In this document: positions 28,810-37,798 of the stretch, one piece after another | Position numbering within the stretch: the first letter of the stretch is position 1 | How the letters are laid out: every line of letters begins with the position of its first letter | Notes under the pieces: generated by a model | The model's database searches: none | Told to the model about the DNA's origin: nothing | Seen by the model: the letters and a program-made list of their open reading frames with translations, nothing else | Made by a program: the position numbers and the translations under genes | DNA from: Candidatus Galloscillospira excrementipullorum | GTDB taxonomy: Bacteria; Bacillota; Clostridia; Oscillospirales; Feifaniaceae | Length of the DNA: 64,000 nucleotides | Assembly: GCA_018714125.1 (NCBI GenBank) | Contig: DVNV01000002.1 | Coordinates: 7,337-71,336, forward strand | Direction: 5' to 3'

Positions 28810-29529
28810 ATGGCCTTCTTTTTCCGGAAAAAGCAGACGCCAGTGACAGCCTGCATCGTGCCTGCTGCGGGACAGGGCACGCGCATGCAGGGCGCTTACG
28901 AAGAGACAAAACAACTGATTTCCCTGTGCGGCGTGCCGCTCATCGTACATACGCTGGAGGCGCTTGAGCAGGCCAAAAGCATCGACTCCGTGGTGCTGGC
29001 GGTGCGGGAGCAGGAGATGGCGCAGATGCTCCGCCTGGTGCAGGAATTCGGCCTTTCAAAGGTGTGCCAGATTGTGGCGGGCGGGGACACCCGCATGCAG
29101 TCGGTGGCAAAGGCCATGGCGGCGCTGCCGCCTTGTGACTTTGTTGCCATTCACGACGGCGCCAGGCCGCTCTGTACGCCCGAGATGATTGACGAGGTGG
29201 TGCAGGCGGCGCACCGCTACGGCGCCGCCGTGCCCGGCGTGAAGCCCAAGGACTCGCTCAAGACCCGGCAGGGCGGCATGGTGCAGGAGGACGTGGACCG
29301 CGACAGCGTCGTTGCGGTACAGACGCCGCAGGTGTTTGCCTTTGAGGAGTACGATGCGGCGCTGGGGTATTGCTTGGAGCAGCACAGAAGCTGCACCGAC
29401 GACGCCGGGGTTTATGCCGTGCTGCAAAAGCCGGTTTACATCGTGGAGGGCGATTACCGCAACATCAAGGTGACGACGCCGGAGGATGTTGCGATTGCAG
29501 AGATGTTTTTGAAGGGGGAGTCGCTGTGA
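28810..29529 (+). CDS. ispD: 2-C-methyl-D-erythritol 4-phosphate cytidylyltransferase
   Basis: [11 protein letters not shown] and VAIHDGARP are present. The SD is AAAGGAGG. Confidence 0.95.
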   Translation: MAFFFRKKQTPVTACIVPAAGQGTRMQGAYEETKQLISLCGVPLIVHTLEALEQAKSIDSVVLAVREQEMAQMLRLVQEFGLSKVCQIVAGGDTRMQSVAKAMAALPPCDFVAIHDGARPLCTPEMIDEVVQAAHRYGAAVPGVKPKDSLKTRQGGMVQEDVDRDSVVAVQTPQVFAFEEYDAALGYCLEQHRSCTDDAGVYAVLQKPVYIVEGDYRNIKVTTPEDVAIAEMFLKGESL

Positions 29530-30023
29530 GAATCGGACACGGATATGACGCACACCGCCTTGTGCCGGGACGGGCGCTGATTTTGGGCGGGGTGAGCATC
29601 CCCCATGAAAAAGGCCTGCTCGGCCACTCGGACGCAGACGTGCTGACGCATGCCGTGATGGACGCCCTGCTGGGCGCCCTGGCGCTGGGCGACATCGGGG
29701 CACACTTTCCGGACAGCGACCCCGCCTATGCCGGCGCCGACTCGCTTTGCCTGCTGGGCCGCGTTGTGGAGCTGGTGAGCGGGAGGGGATACCGCATCGG
29801 CAATCTGGATGCCACCCTTCTGGCGCAGCGCCCCCGACTGGCGCCCCATATCGGGCAGATGCGGGAGAACCTGGCCCGCGTGTGCGGCCTGCCGGCCGGC
29901 GCCGTCAGCGTCAAGGCCACCACCGAGGAGGGGATGGGTTTCACCGGAAGGGAGGAGGGCATCGCCTGCCACTGTGTGTGCCTTTTGTTGCCAAAATGTC
30001 TTGAAGCGGATACCATGGTGTAG
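29526..30023 (+). CDS. ispF: 2-C-methyl-D-erythritol 2,4-cyclodiphosphate synthase
   Basis: The GTG overlaps the ispD stop as [16 protein letters not shown]...[12 protein letters not shown]...GDIG is the IspF signature. Confidence 0.95.
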   Translation: MRIGHGYDAHRLVPGRALILGGVSIPHEKGLLGHSDADVLTHAVMDALLGALALGDIGAHFPDSDPAYAGADSLCLLGRVVELVSGRGYRIGNLDATLLAQRPRLAPHIGQMRENLARVCGLPAGAVSVKATTEEGMGFTGREEGIACHCVCLLLPKCLEADTMV

Positions 30024-30079
30024 TATACTTGTGTAAAACGGGTGTGCACGGAAATTTTGGAGAAGGGAGCAAAGAGCAC

Positions 30080-30781
30080 ATGAGCAGACCAAAGATTCTG
30101 ATGACAGGGCATTGGGAACCCCTGGCCATTTACAAAAAGCCCTTTGTGGGGATGACCTGGAACTACTATGAGGCCATCACCCGCGCCGGAGGCATGCCCA
30201 TCTTGCTGCCCTACTGCGGCGATATGGATGAGTACATCGAGATGTCGGACGGACTGGTGCTGACCGGCGGGTACGACATCGACCCCGCTTTTTACAACGA
30301 GGAGGTCAAATACAACACGGTGGAAATCACCCGTGTGCGCGACGACCTTGAGAAGACGCTGCTTGACAAGTGGCTCAAGACCGGAAAGCCCATCTTCGGC
30401 ATCTGCCGGGGCATTCAGTTTCTCAACATCTACTTTGGCGGCACGCTGTATCAGGATATCCCGGTGGAGTGCGGCGTCATTCACAGCGACGTTGTCCACA
30501 AGGTGCGCCTGGAGGAGGGCACCTGGATGCGGGATTTGTTTGACAGCGCCGAGCTTGTGACCAACTCCCACCATCATCAGGGCGTGAAAAAGCTGGCCGA
30601 CGATTTTATTGTGGCAGCGCGCTCGGAAGACGGTATGGTGGAGGCGGCCATCCACAAGACGCTGCCCATCTTTGCCACACAGTTTCACCCCGAGCGCATG
30701 ATTGGCGACTGGCGCCCCGAAGAGCAAACCGATATGACGGCGATTTTTGACAAGTTTATGGATATGGTGGGCCGGGGATAA
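30080..30781 (+). CDS. Class-I glutamine amidotransferase-like hydrolase, peptidase C26 (gamma-glutamyl-GABA hydrolase-like)
   Basis: The nucleophile elbow is GICRGIQFLN. The NSHHHQ and QFHPE motifs are present. Confidence 0.8.
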   Translation: MSRPKILMTGHWEPLAIYKKPFVGMTWNYYEAITRAGGMPILLPYCGDMDEYIEMSDGLVLTGGYDIDPAFYNEEVKYNTVEITRVRDDLEKTLLDKWLKTGKPIFGICRGIQFLNIYFGGTLYQDIPVECGVIHSDVVHKVRLEEGTWMRDLFDSAELVTNSHHHQGVKKLADDFIVAARSEDGMVEAAIHKTLPIFATQFHPERMIGDWRPEEQTDMTAIFDKFMDMVGRG

Positions 30782-31020
30782 GGCAGACGCCAACCGGCTG
30801 AAGAAGCTGCGCCGCTGGGATAAATATTTGAAGCAAATGAGCCCGAAAGAGGGGGGGACGTGTCACAAAAAAATGTGGCCGCCCCTCTTTTTTTGGAGAT
30901 CAATTTATGATATACTGAATTGTATCTTCATTTTGCATCAGCATGGCCAAAAGGATGGGGCGCGGCGCGTGGCATTTGTGCCCAAAATCGGCGCTTCCAA
31001 AGGCGGAAAGGGGGAAAACG

Positions 31021-31875
31021 GTGATCAACTGGGAAATGGTAACGGATTGGTTTTCCTCGCACTATTCGTCCTTTGGCTTTCAGGATGTCGTGGATATTCT
31101 CATTGTCAGCTTTATCGTGTATGAGGTGATACTGTTTATCCGCAAATCCCGTGCCGCGCAGATTCTCAAGGGCATTTTGCTTCTGGTTGTCCTGCTCGAG
31201 CTGGCGCAGGCGCTGGACCTGACGGCCACCACCTTTTTGCTCAGCAACAGCATGCAGCTCGGTGTGGTCGCCGTGATCGTGGTCTTTCAGCCGGAGCTGC
31301 GCTCGGCACTGGAGCAGGTGGGCCGCCGCACCATCGGCATAGACTTTTTTTCCGACAGGGAGCAGGGAGAGGAGCTGCGTGCCTGCATCCATGAGGTCAG
31401 CACGGCCTGCGAGAGCATGGCAAAGCAGAAGACGGGTGCGCTCATCGTCTTTGAGCGCACCACGGGACTGCGCGAAATCATCAGCTCGGGCGTTGCCCTC
31501 GACGCCACGGTGTCGGCCGAGCTCATCGAATCCATCTTTTTTGTCAACAATCCCCTGCACGACGGGGCGGTGATTATCCGGAACAACAGGATTTACGCCG
31601 CCTCCTGCCTGCTGCCCCTGACCCAGAACAGAAACCTCAGCAAGGAGCTTGGCACCCGCCACCGTGCGGCCATCGGGCTGTCTGAGGTCAGCGATGCGCT
31701 GGTGGTGGTGGTTTCGGAGGAGACCGGCAAAATTTCGCTGGTGTCCGACGGCCTTATCCGAAGGGGATACCGTGCCGATACGCTGCAGGAGGCGCTGCTG
31801 AGCGGCTTTGAGCAGACGGCGGCGCAAAGGCCTTCGTTTTTCAAGCGTCTCTTTGAGAAGGGAGGCGTAAAATGA
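31021..31875 (+). CDS. cdaA: Diadenylate cyclase CdaA (DacA)
   Basis: GTG start after GGGGGA. It has three N-terminal TM helices. The DAC-domain motifs are PLHDGAVIIRNNRI, LGTRHRAAIGLSE and VVVVSEETG. Confidence 0.9.
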   Translation: MINWEMVTDWFSSHYSSFGFQDVVDILIVSFIVYEVILFIRKSRAAQILKGILLLVVLLELAQALDLTATTFLLSNSMQLGVVAVIVVFQPELRSALEQVGRRTIGIDFFSDREQGEELRACIHEVSTACESMAKQKTGALIVFERTTGLREIISSGVALDATVSAELIESIFFVNNPLHDGAVIIRNNRIYAASCLLPLTQNRNLSKELGTRHRAAIGLSEVSDALVVVVSEETGKISLVSDGLIRRGYRADTLQEALLSGFEQTAAQRPSFFKRLFEKGGVK

Positions 31876-33104
31876 TTTCCAAACTGTTTGACAATCCCAC
31901 GTTCACAAAGTTCTTTTCCCTGTTTGTGGCCGTTTTGATTTGGCTCTTTGTCGGGGCGCAGAACCCCGAAACCGAGACCGTTTACCGCGGCGTGGAAATC
32001 AAGGTTGTCACCCAAAACGCGCAGGCTGAAAACGGCGTTTCGGTGGTCGAGATGAGCAGCAGCACGGTGGACGTCACGCTCAAGGGCAGCAAAAACGTCC
32101 TGGGACGCATTACGGCGGCCGATATTTACGCCACCATCGAGGTCGACGCCTCGGTGGCGCCGGGCTATTACAATTTCCCGGTTCAGCTGACCCTGCCGGT
32201 GGACGGTGTGACCATCACGGGCAAGAACCCCGCCGGGGTGGACGTTTGGCTGGATCGGACCAGCAGCGTGACCGTGCCGGTGGAGCTCTCCTGCACCAGC
32301 AGGCTCGACGAGGAGATTTATGTGGTGGAGCAGCCCATGGTCAGCACCGAGAGCATCGAGGTGTATGGGCCGGCGTCGGAGCTCTCCAACATTAAGCTGG
32401 CCAGAGTGGACGTGAGCATCACCGACCAGAATATGGGCGAAGCCATGCTCAGCCTGCCCTTTACGCTGGTGGACGAAAACGGCGTGGCGGTGGACAGCGA
32501 GAACCTGGAGACCTCGGTGCGCGCCGTGACCGTGACGCCGCAGGTGTTCGAGAGAAGGATTCTTCCGGTGACGGTCTCCTTCCTCAACCGGCCTGAGGGC
32601 TGGATGTCGGACGATTTTTCCTATACCGTGTCTCCCCAGACGCTGGAACTGCTCGTGCCGGTGCGTCAGACGACCTCCACGACCGAGTATGAGGCCGGCG
32701 TGATTGACCTGTCCCAGCATGCCCAAAGCGGCACGGTGACGCTGCCGGTTTCGACCGAATATCTGGCCGAAGGGCAGCCCGACGAAATCACGGTTTCCTT
32801 GAATTTTGGCCAGCTCGAGACCACCACGGCGGAGCTGGAAAGCCTTGGATTTGACAACAGGCCGAGCGGCATTACGGTGGAAGTGCTCACCGTGATGCCT
32901 CTGACGGTGAACCTGCGCGGAACGCCTGAGGCGATAGAGCGCTACACGGCGGAAAATCTGCGGGGCATTGTTGACCTGTCCGGCCTGAAAAGCGGAGAAA
33001 CGGCGGAACTCCCGGTTCGCATCATCACAGGAGATTCCGAAATCGGCGTGCTGGGCAGCCTGAGGGTTGCACTGCGCGCATCAGAAGCTCCTGCAGAGGA
33101 ATAG
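31872..33104 (+). CDS. cdaR: CdaA regulatory protein CdaR (YbbR-domain repeats)
   Basis: ATGA overlap with cdaA. It has an N-terminal TM helix followed by repeated YbbR-like beta-rich modules. Confidence 0.85.
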   Translation: MISKLFDNPTFTKFFSLFVAVLIWLFVGAQNPETETVYRGVEIKVVTQNAQAENGVSVVEMSSSTVDVTLKGSKNVLGRITAADIYATIEVDASVAPGYYNFPVQLTLPVDGVTITGKNPAGVDVWLDRTSSVTVPVELSCTSRLDEEIYVVEQPMVSTESIEVYGPASELSNIKLARVDVSITDQNMGEAMLSLPFTLVDENGVAVDSENLETSVRAVTVTPQVFERRILPVTVSFLNRPEGWMSDDFSYTVSPQTLELLVPVRQTTSTTEYEAGVIDLSQHAQSGTVTLPVSTEYLAEGQPDEITVSLNFGQLETTTAELESLGFDNRPSGITVEVLTVMPLTVNLRGTPEAIERYTAENLRGIVDLSGLKSGETAELPVRIITGDSEIGVLGSLRVALRASEAPAEE

Positions 33105-33115
33105 TGCGAACCTTT

Positions 33116-33143
33116 GCCCGCCGGCAGACGCCGGCGGGCTTTG
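33116..33143 (+). terminator. Intrinsic terminator after cdaR
   Basis: GCCCGCCGGC agac GCCGGCGGGC followed by TTTG. Confidence 0.7.
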
Positions 33144-33218
33144 CTCAAAAAGGCCGGACATCCGCCGCCTGCTGGGGTCTGAACAAAAAATACGGATGCG
33201 GTATGGAGAGGAGTTTGT

Positions 33219-34817
33219 ATGAGCATACTCGTGAGCCAGATTTCCCTGTCGCCGGACAGGCCGGAGCGGGAGGCGCTTTCGCTCGCGCTGCGCCGGCTTG
33301 GGCTGACGGAGGGGCAGGCGACCGCAACTGTTTACAAAAAGTCGGTGGACGCCAGGCGCCGGGGCCGCGCCGTGCTGGTCTATACGGTGCTGGTCAGCGT
33401 CAGGGGCGACGAGCAGGCGCTGCTGCAGCGCCTCGTTGACCAGAAGAACATCCGCCTGAGCCAGCCTGAGCGCATGCCGCCCCTTGTGCGGGGGCAGCAG
33501 CTCCTTTTGCACAGGCCGGTGGTGGTGGGCTTTGGCCCGGCGGGGATGTTTGCGGCCCTTCTTCTGGCACAGCACGGGCTGCGCCCCATCGTCATTGAGC
33601 GGGGAGCCCCCATCGAGCAGCGCTGCGAAGACGTTGCACGCTTCTGGCAGACGGGGCAGCTCAAAGACGAGAGCAATGTGCAGTTCGGAGAGGGGGGCGC
33701 GGGCAGCTTTTCGGACGGGAAGCTGACCACCCGCATTGGGGATGCACGCTGCCGCACGGTGCTGGAGACCTTCGTGCGCTGCGGCGCGCCGCAGCGCATT
33801 TTGGTTGACGCCAAGCCACATATCGGGACCGACGTTTTGCGCGGGGTGGTCAAGCGCCTGCGCGACGAGGTCATCGCCCTTGGGGCGGAGGTGCGTTTCT
33901 ACACCCGGCTTGAGGGCCTTTGCGTCCGGCAGGGGACCCTGTCGGCGCTCATGACCTCGCAGGGAGAGATCCCCTGTCAGGCGGCGGTGCTGGCCATGGG
34001 GCATTCGGCACGCGACACGGTGGAGACCCTGCTGCGGCAGGGGGTCGCCATGCACAAAAAGCCCTTTTCGGTGGGCGTGCGCATCGAACATCCCCAGAGC
34101 ATGGTTGACGCCATGTTTTACGGAACGCTTGCCGGGCACCCCGCACTCCCCCCTGCGGAGTACCAGCTTTCCCACAGGGTGGGGGAGCGCGCCTGCTACA
34201 CCTTTTGCATGTGCCCGGGCGGCGTGGTGGTGCCGGCGGCGTCCGAGCAGGGCGGCGTGGTGGTCAACGGGATGAGCGAAAGCGCCAGGGCCGGGGACAA
34301 CGCAAACGCCGCCGTGGTGGCGTCGGTGCTGCCCGAGGACATCGAGGGCGGCGTGATGCAGGCGGTGGAATTTCAAAGGCGCCTGGAGCGGGCGGCTTTT
34401 CGTGCGGGAGGAGGCGGCTATGCCGCGCCGGCGCAGTCGGCAAAGTCGTTCCTCGAGGGAAGCCCCGCCTGGGCCGACACGCAGGGCAGCTATGCCAGAG
34501 GGCTGACGCTGTATCCCATGGAAAAGCTGCTGCCCGGTTTTGCCCTGTCCCTGCTGCGCGAGGGGCTGCGCCGGTTTGACAGGCAGTATCCCGGCTTTGC
34601 GGGGCAGAAGGCCCTGCTGACCGGGCTTGAAACCAGGACCTCTTCCCCCTTGCGCATGACAAGGGGGGAGGATTATGTATCCTCTCAGGTCGGGGGGCTT
34701 TACCCCGCAGGGGAGGGGGCCGGCTATGCCGGCGGAATCGTGAGCGCGGCGGTGGACGGGCTGCGTGTGGCACAGGCCATTCTGTCGCGCTACGGCGGCC
34801 TTGCGCATGAGGGCTGA
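33219..34817 (+). CDS. FAD-dependent protein (COG2509-like, NAD(FAD)-utilising dehydrogenase)
   Basis: The Rossmann motif is VVVGFGPAGMFAALLLAQHGLRPIVIERG. FGEGGAGSFSDGKL and GEGAGYAGGIVSAAVDG are also present. Confidence 0.8.
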   Translation: MSILVSQISLSPDRPEREALSLALRRLGLTEGQATATVYKKSVDARRRGRAVLVYTVLVSVRGDEQALLQRLVDQKNIRLSQPERMPPLVRGQQLLLHRPVVVGFGPAGMFAALLLAQHGLRPIVIERGAPIEQRCEDVARFWQTGQLKDESNVQFGEGGAGSFSDGKLTTRIGDARCRTVLETFVRCGAPQRILVDAKPHIGTDVLRGVVKRLRDEVIALGAEVRFYTRLEGLCVRQGTLSALMTSQGEIPCQAAVLAMGHSARDTVETLLRQGVAMHKKPFSVGVRIEHPQSMVDAMFYGTLAGHPALPPAEYQLSHRVGERACYTFCMCPGGVVVPAASEQGGVVVNGMSESARAGDNANAAVVASVLPEDIEGGVMQAVEFQRRLERAAFRAGGGGYAAPAQSAKSFLEGSPAWADTQGSYARGLTLYPMEKLLPGFALSLLREGLRRFDRQYPGFAGQKALLTGLETRTSSPLRMTRGEDYVSSQVGGLYPAGEGAGYAGGIVSAAVDGLRVAQAILSRYGGLAHEG

Positions 34818-34898
34818 CGGCTTTTGGTGCGCGTTTGGGACTTCTGCATTCCAGACCCTCATAGATTAAAACAGGGTTTGACGAAAGGAGATGAAACC

Positions 34899-35327
34899 AT
34901 GGAGATGACGGGAACAGTCTCGAAAGCGGGATCACGGTTCAGTGAGGTGACGGTTTATCGGGGAACGGCCTGTGACGGGGGGTGCGGACATCAGTGCGCC
35001 ACCTGCATGGCCTCGAGGCCTCTGACCGTTCGGGTGGACAACAACGGATGGGCTCTTCACGAGGGGGAACAGGTGCTGCTGCAAAGCGCCACGCACAGCC
35101 CCTTGAGCCTGGCGGCAATCCTCTATCTTCTGCCTTTGGTAGTGGGGGTTTTGGGCTATCTCCTGGTGGAGCAGCGCGGGGGTGGAACGGGGCTTTCCGC
35201 CCTGGGAGCCCTTGTGGGGCTGGTGCTGGGCTTTGTGCCGGCCTGGCGCGTCAATCACCGTCTGACAGACACGCAGCTTCCCACCCACCGCGTCATTTCC
35301 GTGCTTGAGCAGGGGGAGCAGAGGTAG
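34899..35327 (+). CDS. RseC/MucC-family (SoxR-reducing-system type) small membrane protein
   Basis: Start at MEMTGTV after the SD AAAGGAGA. It has the Cys cluster CDGGCGHQCATC followed by two TM helices. Confidence 0.7.
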   Translation: MEMTGTVSKAGSRFSEVTVYRGTACDGGCGHQCATCMASRPLTVRVDNNGWALHEGEQVLLQSATHSPLSLAAILYLLPLVVGVLGYLLVEQRGGGTGLSALGALVGLVLGFVPAWRVNHRLTDTQLPTHRVISVLEQGEQR

Positions 35328-35454
35328 CCGCCCTGCGCGGGTTTTGCACAGAGCCCCTGCCGCGCACAGGCGCCCTTTTTCCGGCCATCGGGCAGGGGCG
35401 CCGGGAAACTTTTTGAGAAATGCCGGGGCAAAACCGAAAAGAGCAAAGCAAAAT

Positions 35455-35483
35455 TTGTGTTTGTGTAAAATTTGTGGTATACT
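35455..35483 (+). promoter_or_regulatory. SigmaA-like extended -10 promoter
   Basis: TTGTGT (35455-35460), a 17-nt spacer ending in TGg, then TATACT (35478-35483). A second overlapping TATACT lies at 35483-35488. Confidence 0.55.
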
Positions 35484-35506
35484 ATACTTTGAGTTTGAAA
35501 AAGCAA

Positions 35507-35619
35507 AAGCCGCTTGGGATGCCCGGAAGGCGGGGGGCTTTGCCCTGCCGCACCCGCCGGGGGACCCCTCGGGGGGCGGGCCGCGCCGGCCGGGAAACCG
35601 GCGGCGCGCCGGGCGGCTT
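35507..35619 (+). ncRNA. Unclassified GC-rich multi-helix RNA element (recJ leader or small RNA candidate)
   Basis: Hand-folded. The closing helix pairs 35507-35517 with 35609-35619. A second helix pairs 35522-35526 with 35557-35561. There are hairpins at 35530-35551 and 35582-35608, the latter with a GAAA loop. A-rich flanks surround the element, and no U-tract terminator precedes recJ. Confidence 0.4.
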
Positions 35620-35681
35620 GACGACAAAAAACAAAACGGGAACTTTTGGGATAAGGTTCCCCCTGAAAGGAAGGTGGGACA

Positions 35682-37754
35682 GTGAAACAGCGTACCTGGG
35701 AGCTCCAGGAGCAGGACGAAGCCGTTGTAGCGTCGCTGCAGCAGGGGCTCGGGGTTTCCCCGGTCATTGCCCGCCTGTTGTGCAACCGGGGGCTGACCAC
35801 GGTTCAAAAGGCCAAGGATTTTCTCAACAAGTCCATTGATTCGCTCTACGACCCACTGCTCATCCCGGACATGGACAAAGCGGTGGCCCGCATCGAACAG
35901 GCTGTTGCGGCAGGCGAAAAAATCACAATTTTCGGGGATTATGACGTGGACGGCATCACCTCTACGTCGGTGCTTTACCGGTATTTGACCGGGCGGGGTG
36001 CCACGGTGGAGTATTACATACCCAACCGGTGTGAGGAGGGCTATGGCATCAGCCGGGCGGCGGTGGACCGCATCAGGGAAAACGGCAGCACGCTGATTGT
36101 CACGGTGGACTCCGGCATCACGGCCATCGACGAGGTGGAATACGCAAAGAGCCTTGGCATCGACACGGTGGTGACCGACCACCACGAGTGCCAGGAGCAC
36201 CTGCCCGACGCGGCGGCGGTGGTCAACCCCAAGCGCGTGGACAGCCGGTACCCCTTCAAGGACCTGGCCGGCGTGGGCGTGGTGTTCAAACTGGTGTGTG
36301 CCATGAACCGCAGGGAAAACCTGCAAAAGACCATTGACGATTTCGCGGGGCTGGTGGCGTTTGGCACCATTGCCGACGTCATGCCCCTGGTGGGGGAAAA
36401 CCGCGTGATTGTGGCGCTGGGCATGACGCGCATTGAGCACAGCAAAAACCCCGGCCTTAAGGCGCTGGTGGCAAGGGCGGGCGTGGAGCACCGCCGAATC
36501 AGCGCCAGTACGATAGGATTTACGCTGGCGCCCCGCGTCAACGCGGCGGGCAGGGTGGGCTGCGCCCGCAGGGCGGTGGAGCTCTTTTTGACCCAGGACC
36601 CGCTTGAGGCAGACGAGATTGCCGCCTCGCTGTGCGAGGCAAACCGGGTTCGCCAGGAAGAAGAGGACAAAATCCTGCGGCGCGCCCTGGCCCAGATTGA
36701 GCAGGACGAGGACTTCTCCAAGCACAAGATTATCGTTTTGGCGGGAAAGGAATGGCATCACGGCATCATCGGGATTGTCTCCTCCCGCCTGTCGGACAGG
36801 TACTACCTGCCCTCCATCATGATTTCCTTTGATGAGGACGGCGTCGGCAAGGGCTCCTGCCGTTCCATTGCCAGCTTCAATATTTACGAGGCGCTGGAAA
36901 AGTGCAGCGACTATCTGGAGAAATTCGGCGGGCATGCGCTGGCCGCAGGCCTGACCGTAAGGCGGGAAAATTACGAGGCCTTCCGCTCGGCCATTTTGGA
37001 AATTGCCGACTCGCAGCTCACCGATGAAGACCTTTCTCCCAAAATCAACATAGACTGTGAAATAGATGCAAGGGATATCTCCATGGACACCGTCATGGAC
37101 ATCCGCTATCTCGAGCCCTACGGGATGGGCAATCCCGCTCCCGTGTTTTTGTGCAGAGGGCTTGTCATTGTCGACATCTATCCGCTTTCAGGCGACAAGC
37201 ACCTGAGGCTGACGCTGCGCCACGGCAATCTCACCTTTGCGGCTTTTTTGTTTGGCCACAGCAGCAGCCAGTTTGAGTTTCTGCGCGGCGAGCGCATTGA
37301 CATCTGCTGCAACATCGACCTCAACACCTTCCGGGGCGTGTCCAGTGTGCAGGTGGTCATCAAGGACTACCGGGAAAGCGAAAAGCAGGTGGCGCAGAGG
37401 GAGCGGGGCAAGGCGCTTTACGCACGGCTGCGCCAGGGGGAGCTGGACGGCGCCCAGGCCATTGCGGTGCTGCCGCACAAGACCGATTTTGTGGCCGTCT
37501 ACCGCCTGTTTTGCTCCAAGCAGACGCCTGACACCCTGTCTATGACGGCGCGCATGCTCTCGACCATTGACCATGGCCCCATGGAGCACTGCCGTCTTCG
37601 CATCTGCCTTGACGTGCTTGAGGAAATGGGCATTTTGAACATGACGGTGGACGGCGACAGCCTGCAGGTCACCGTCAATCACATCGAGGGCAAGGTCAAC
37701 TTAAACAATTCCGTCATTTTGCAGGAGCTTCGCAAGCTCGCATTTCATTCCTAG
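35682..37754 (+). CDS. recJ: Single-stranded-DNA-specific 5'-3' exonuclease RecJ
   Basis: GTG start after GGAAGGTGGG. DHH-family motifs are IFGDYDVDGITS, TVDSG and VVTDHH. A DHHA1 region follows. Confidence 0.95.
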   Translation: MKQRTWELQEQDEAVVASLQQGLGVSPVIARLLCNRGLTTVQKAKDFLNKSIDSLYDPLLIPDMDKAVARIEQAVAAGEKITIFGDYDVDGITSTSVLYRYLTGRGATVEYYIPNRCEEGYGISRAAVDRIRENGSTLIVTVDSGITAIDEVEYAKSLGIDTVVTDHHECQEHLPDAAAVVNPKRVDSRYPFKDLAGVGVVFKLVCAMNRRENLQKTIDDFAGLVAFGTIADVMPLVGENRVIVALGMTRIEHSKNPGLKALVARAGVEHRRISASTIGFTLAPRVNAAGRVGCARRAVELFLTQDPLEADEIAASLCEANRVRQEEEDKILRRALAQIEQDEDFSKHKIIVLAGKEWHHGIIGIVSSRLSDRYYLPSIMISFDEDGVGKGSCRSIASFNIYEALEKCSDYLEKFGGHALAAGLTVRRENYEAFRSAILEIADSQLTDEDLSPKINIDCEIDARDISMDTVMDIRYLEPYGMGNPAPVFLCRGLVIVDIYPLSGDKHLRLTLRHGNLTFAAFLFGHSSSQFEFLRGERIDICCNIDLNTFRGVSSVQVVIKDYRESEKQVAQRERGKALYARLRQGELDGAQAIAVLPHKTDFVAVYRLFCSKQTPDTLSMTARMLSTIDHGPMEHCRLRICLDVLEEMGILNMTVDGDSLQVTVNHIEGKVNLNNSVILQELRKLAFHS

Positions 37755-37798
37755 ACAAAGACAGACAAAGGGCACAAGACAGAAGGGAGGGAGCCGGG

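Noticed and set aside
35490-35681. The GC-rich structured element upstream of recJ might be 6S RNA or SRP RNA.
   Set aside because: The A-rich 5' and 3' flanks cannot pair into a long closing stem with a central bubble, as 6S requires. The SRP domain-IV consensus (GGAA tetraloop followed by AGCAGC in a symmetric loop) is absent, with only a CCGGAAGG fragment matching. I left it unclassified.
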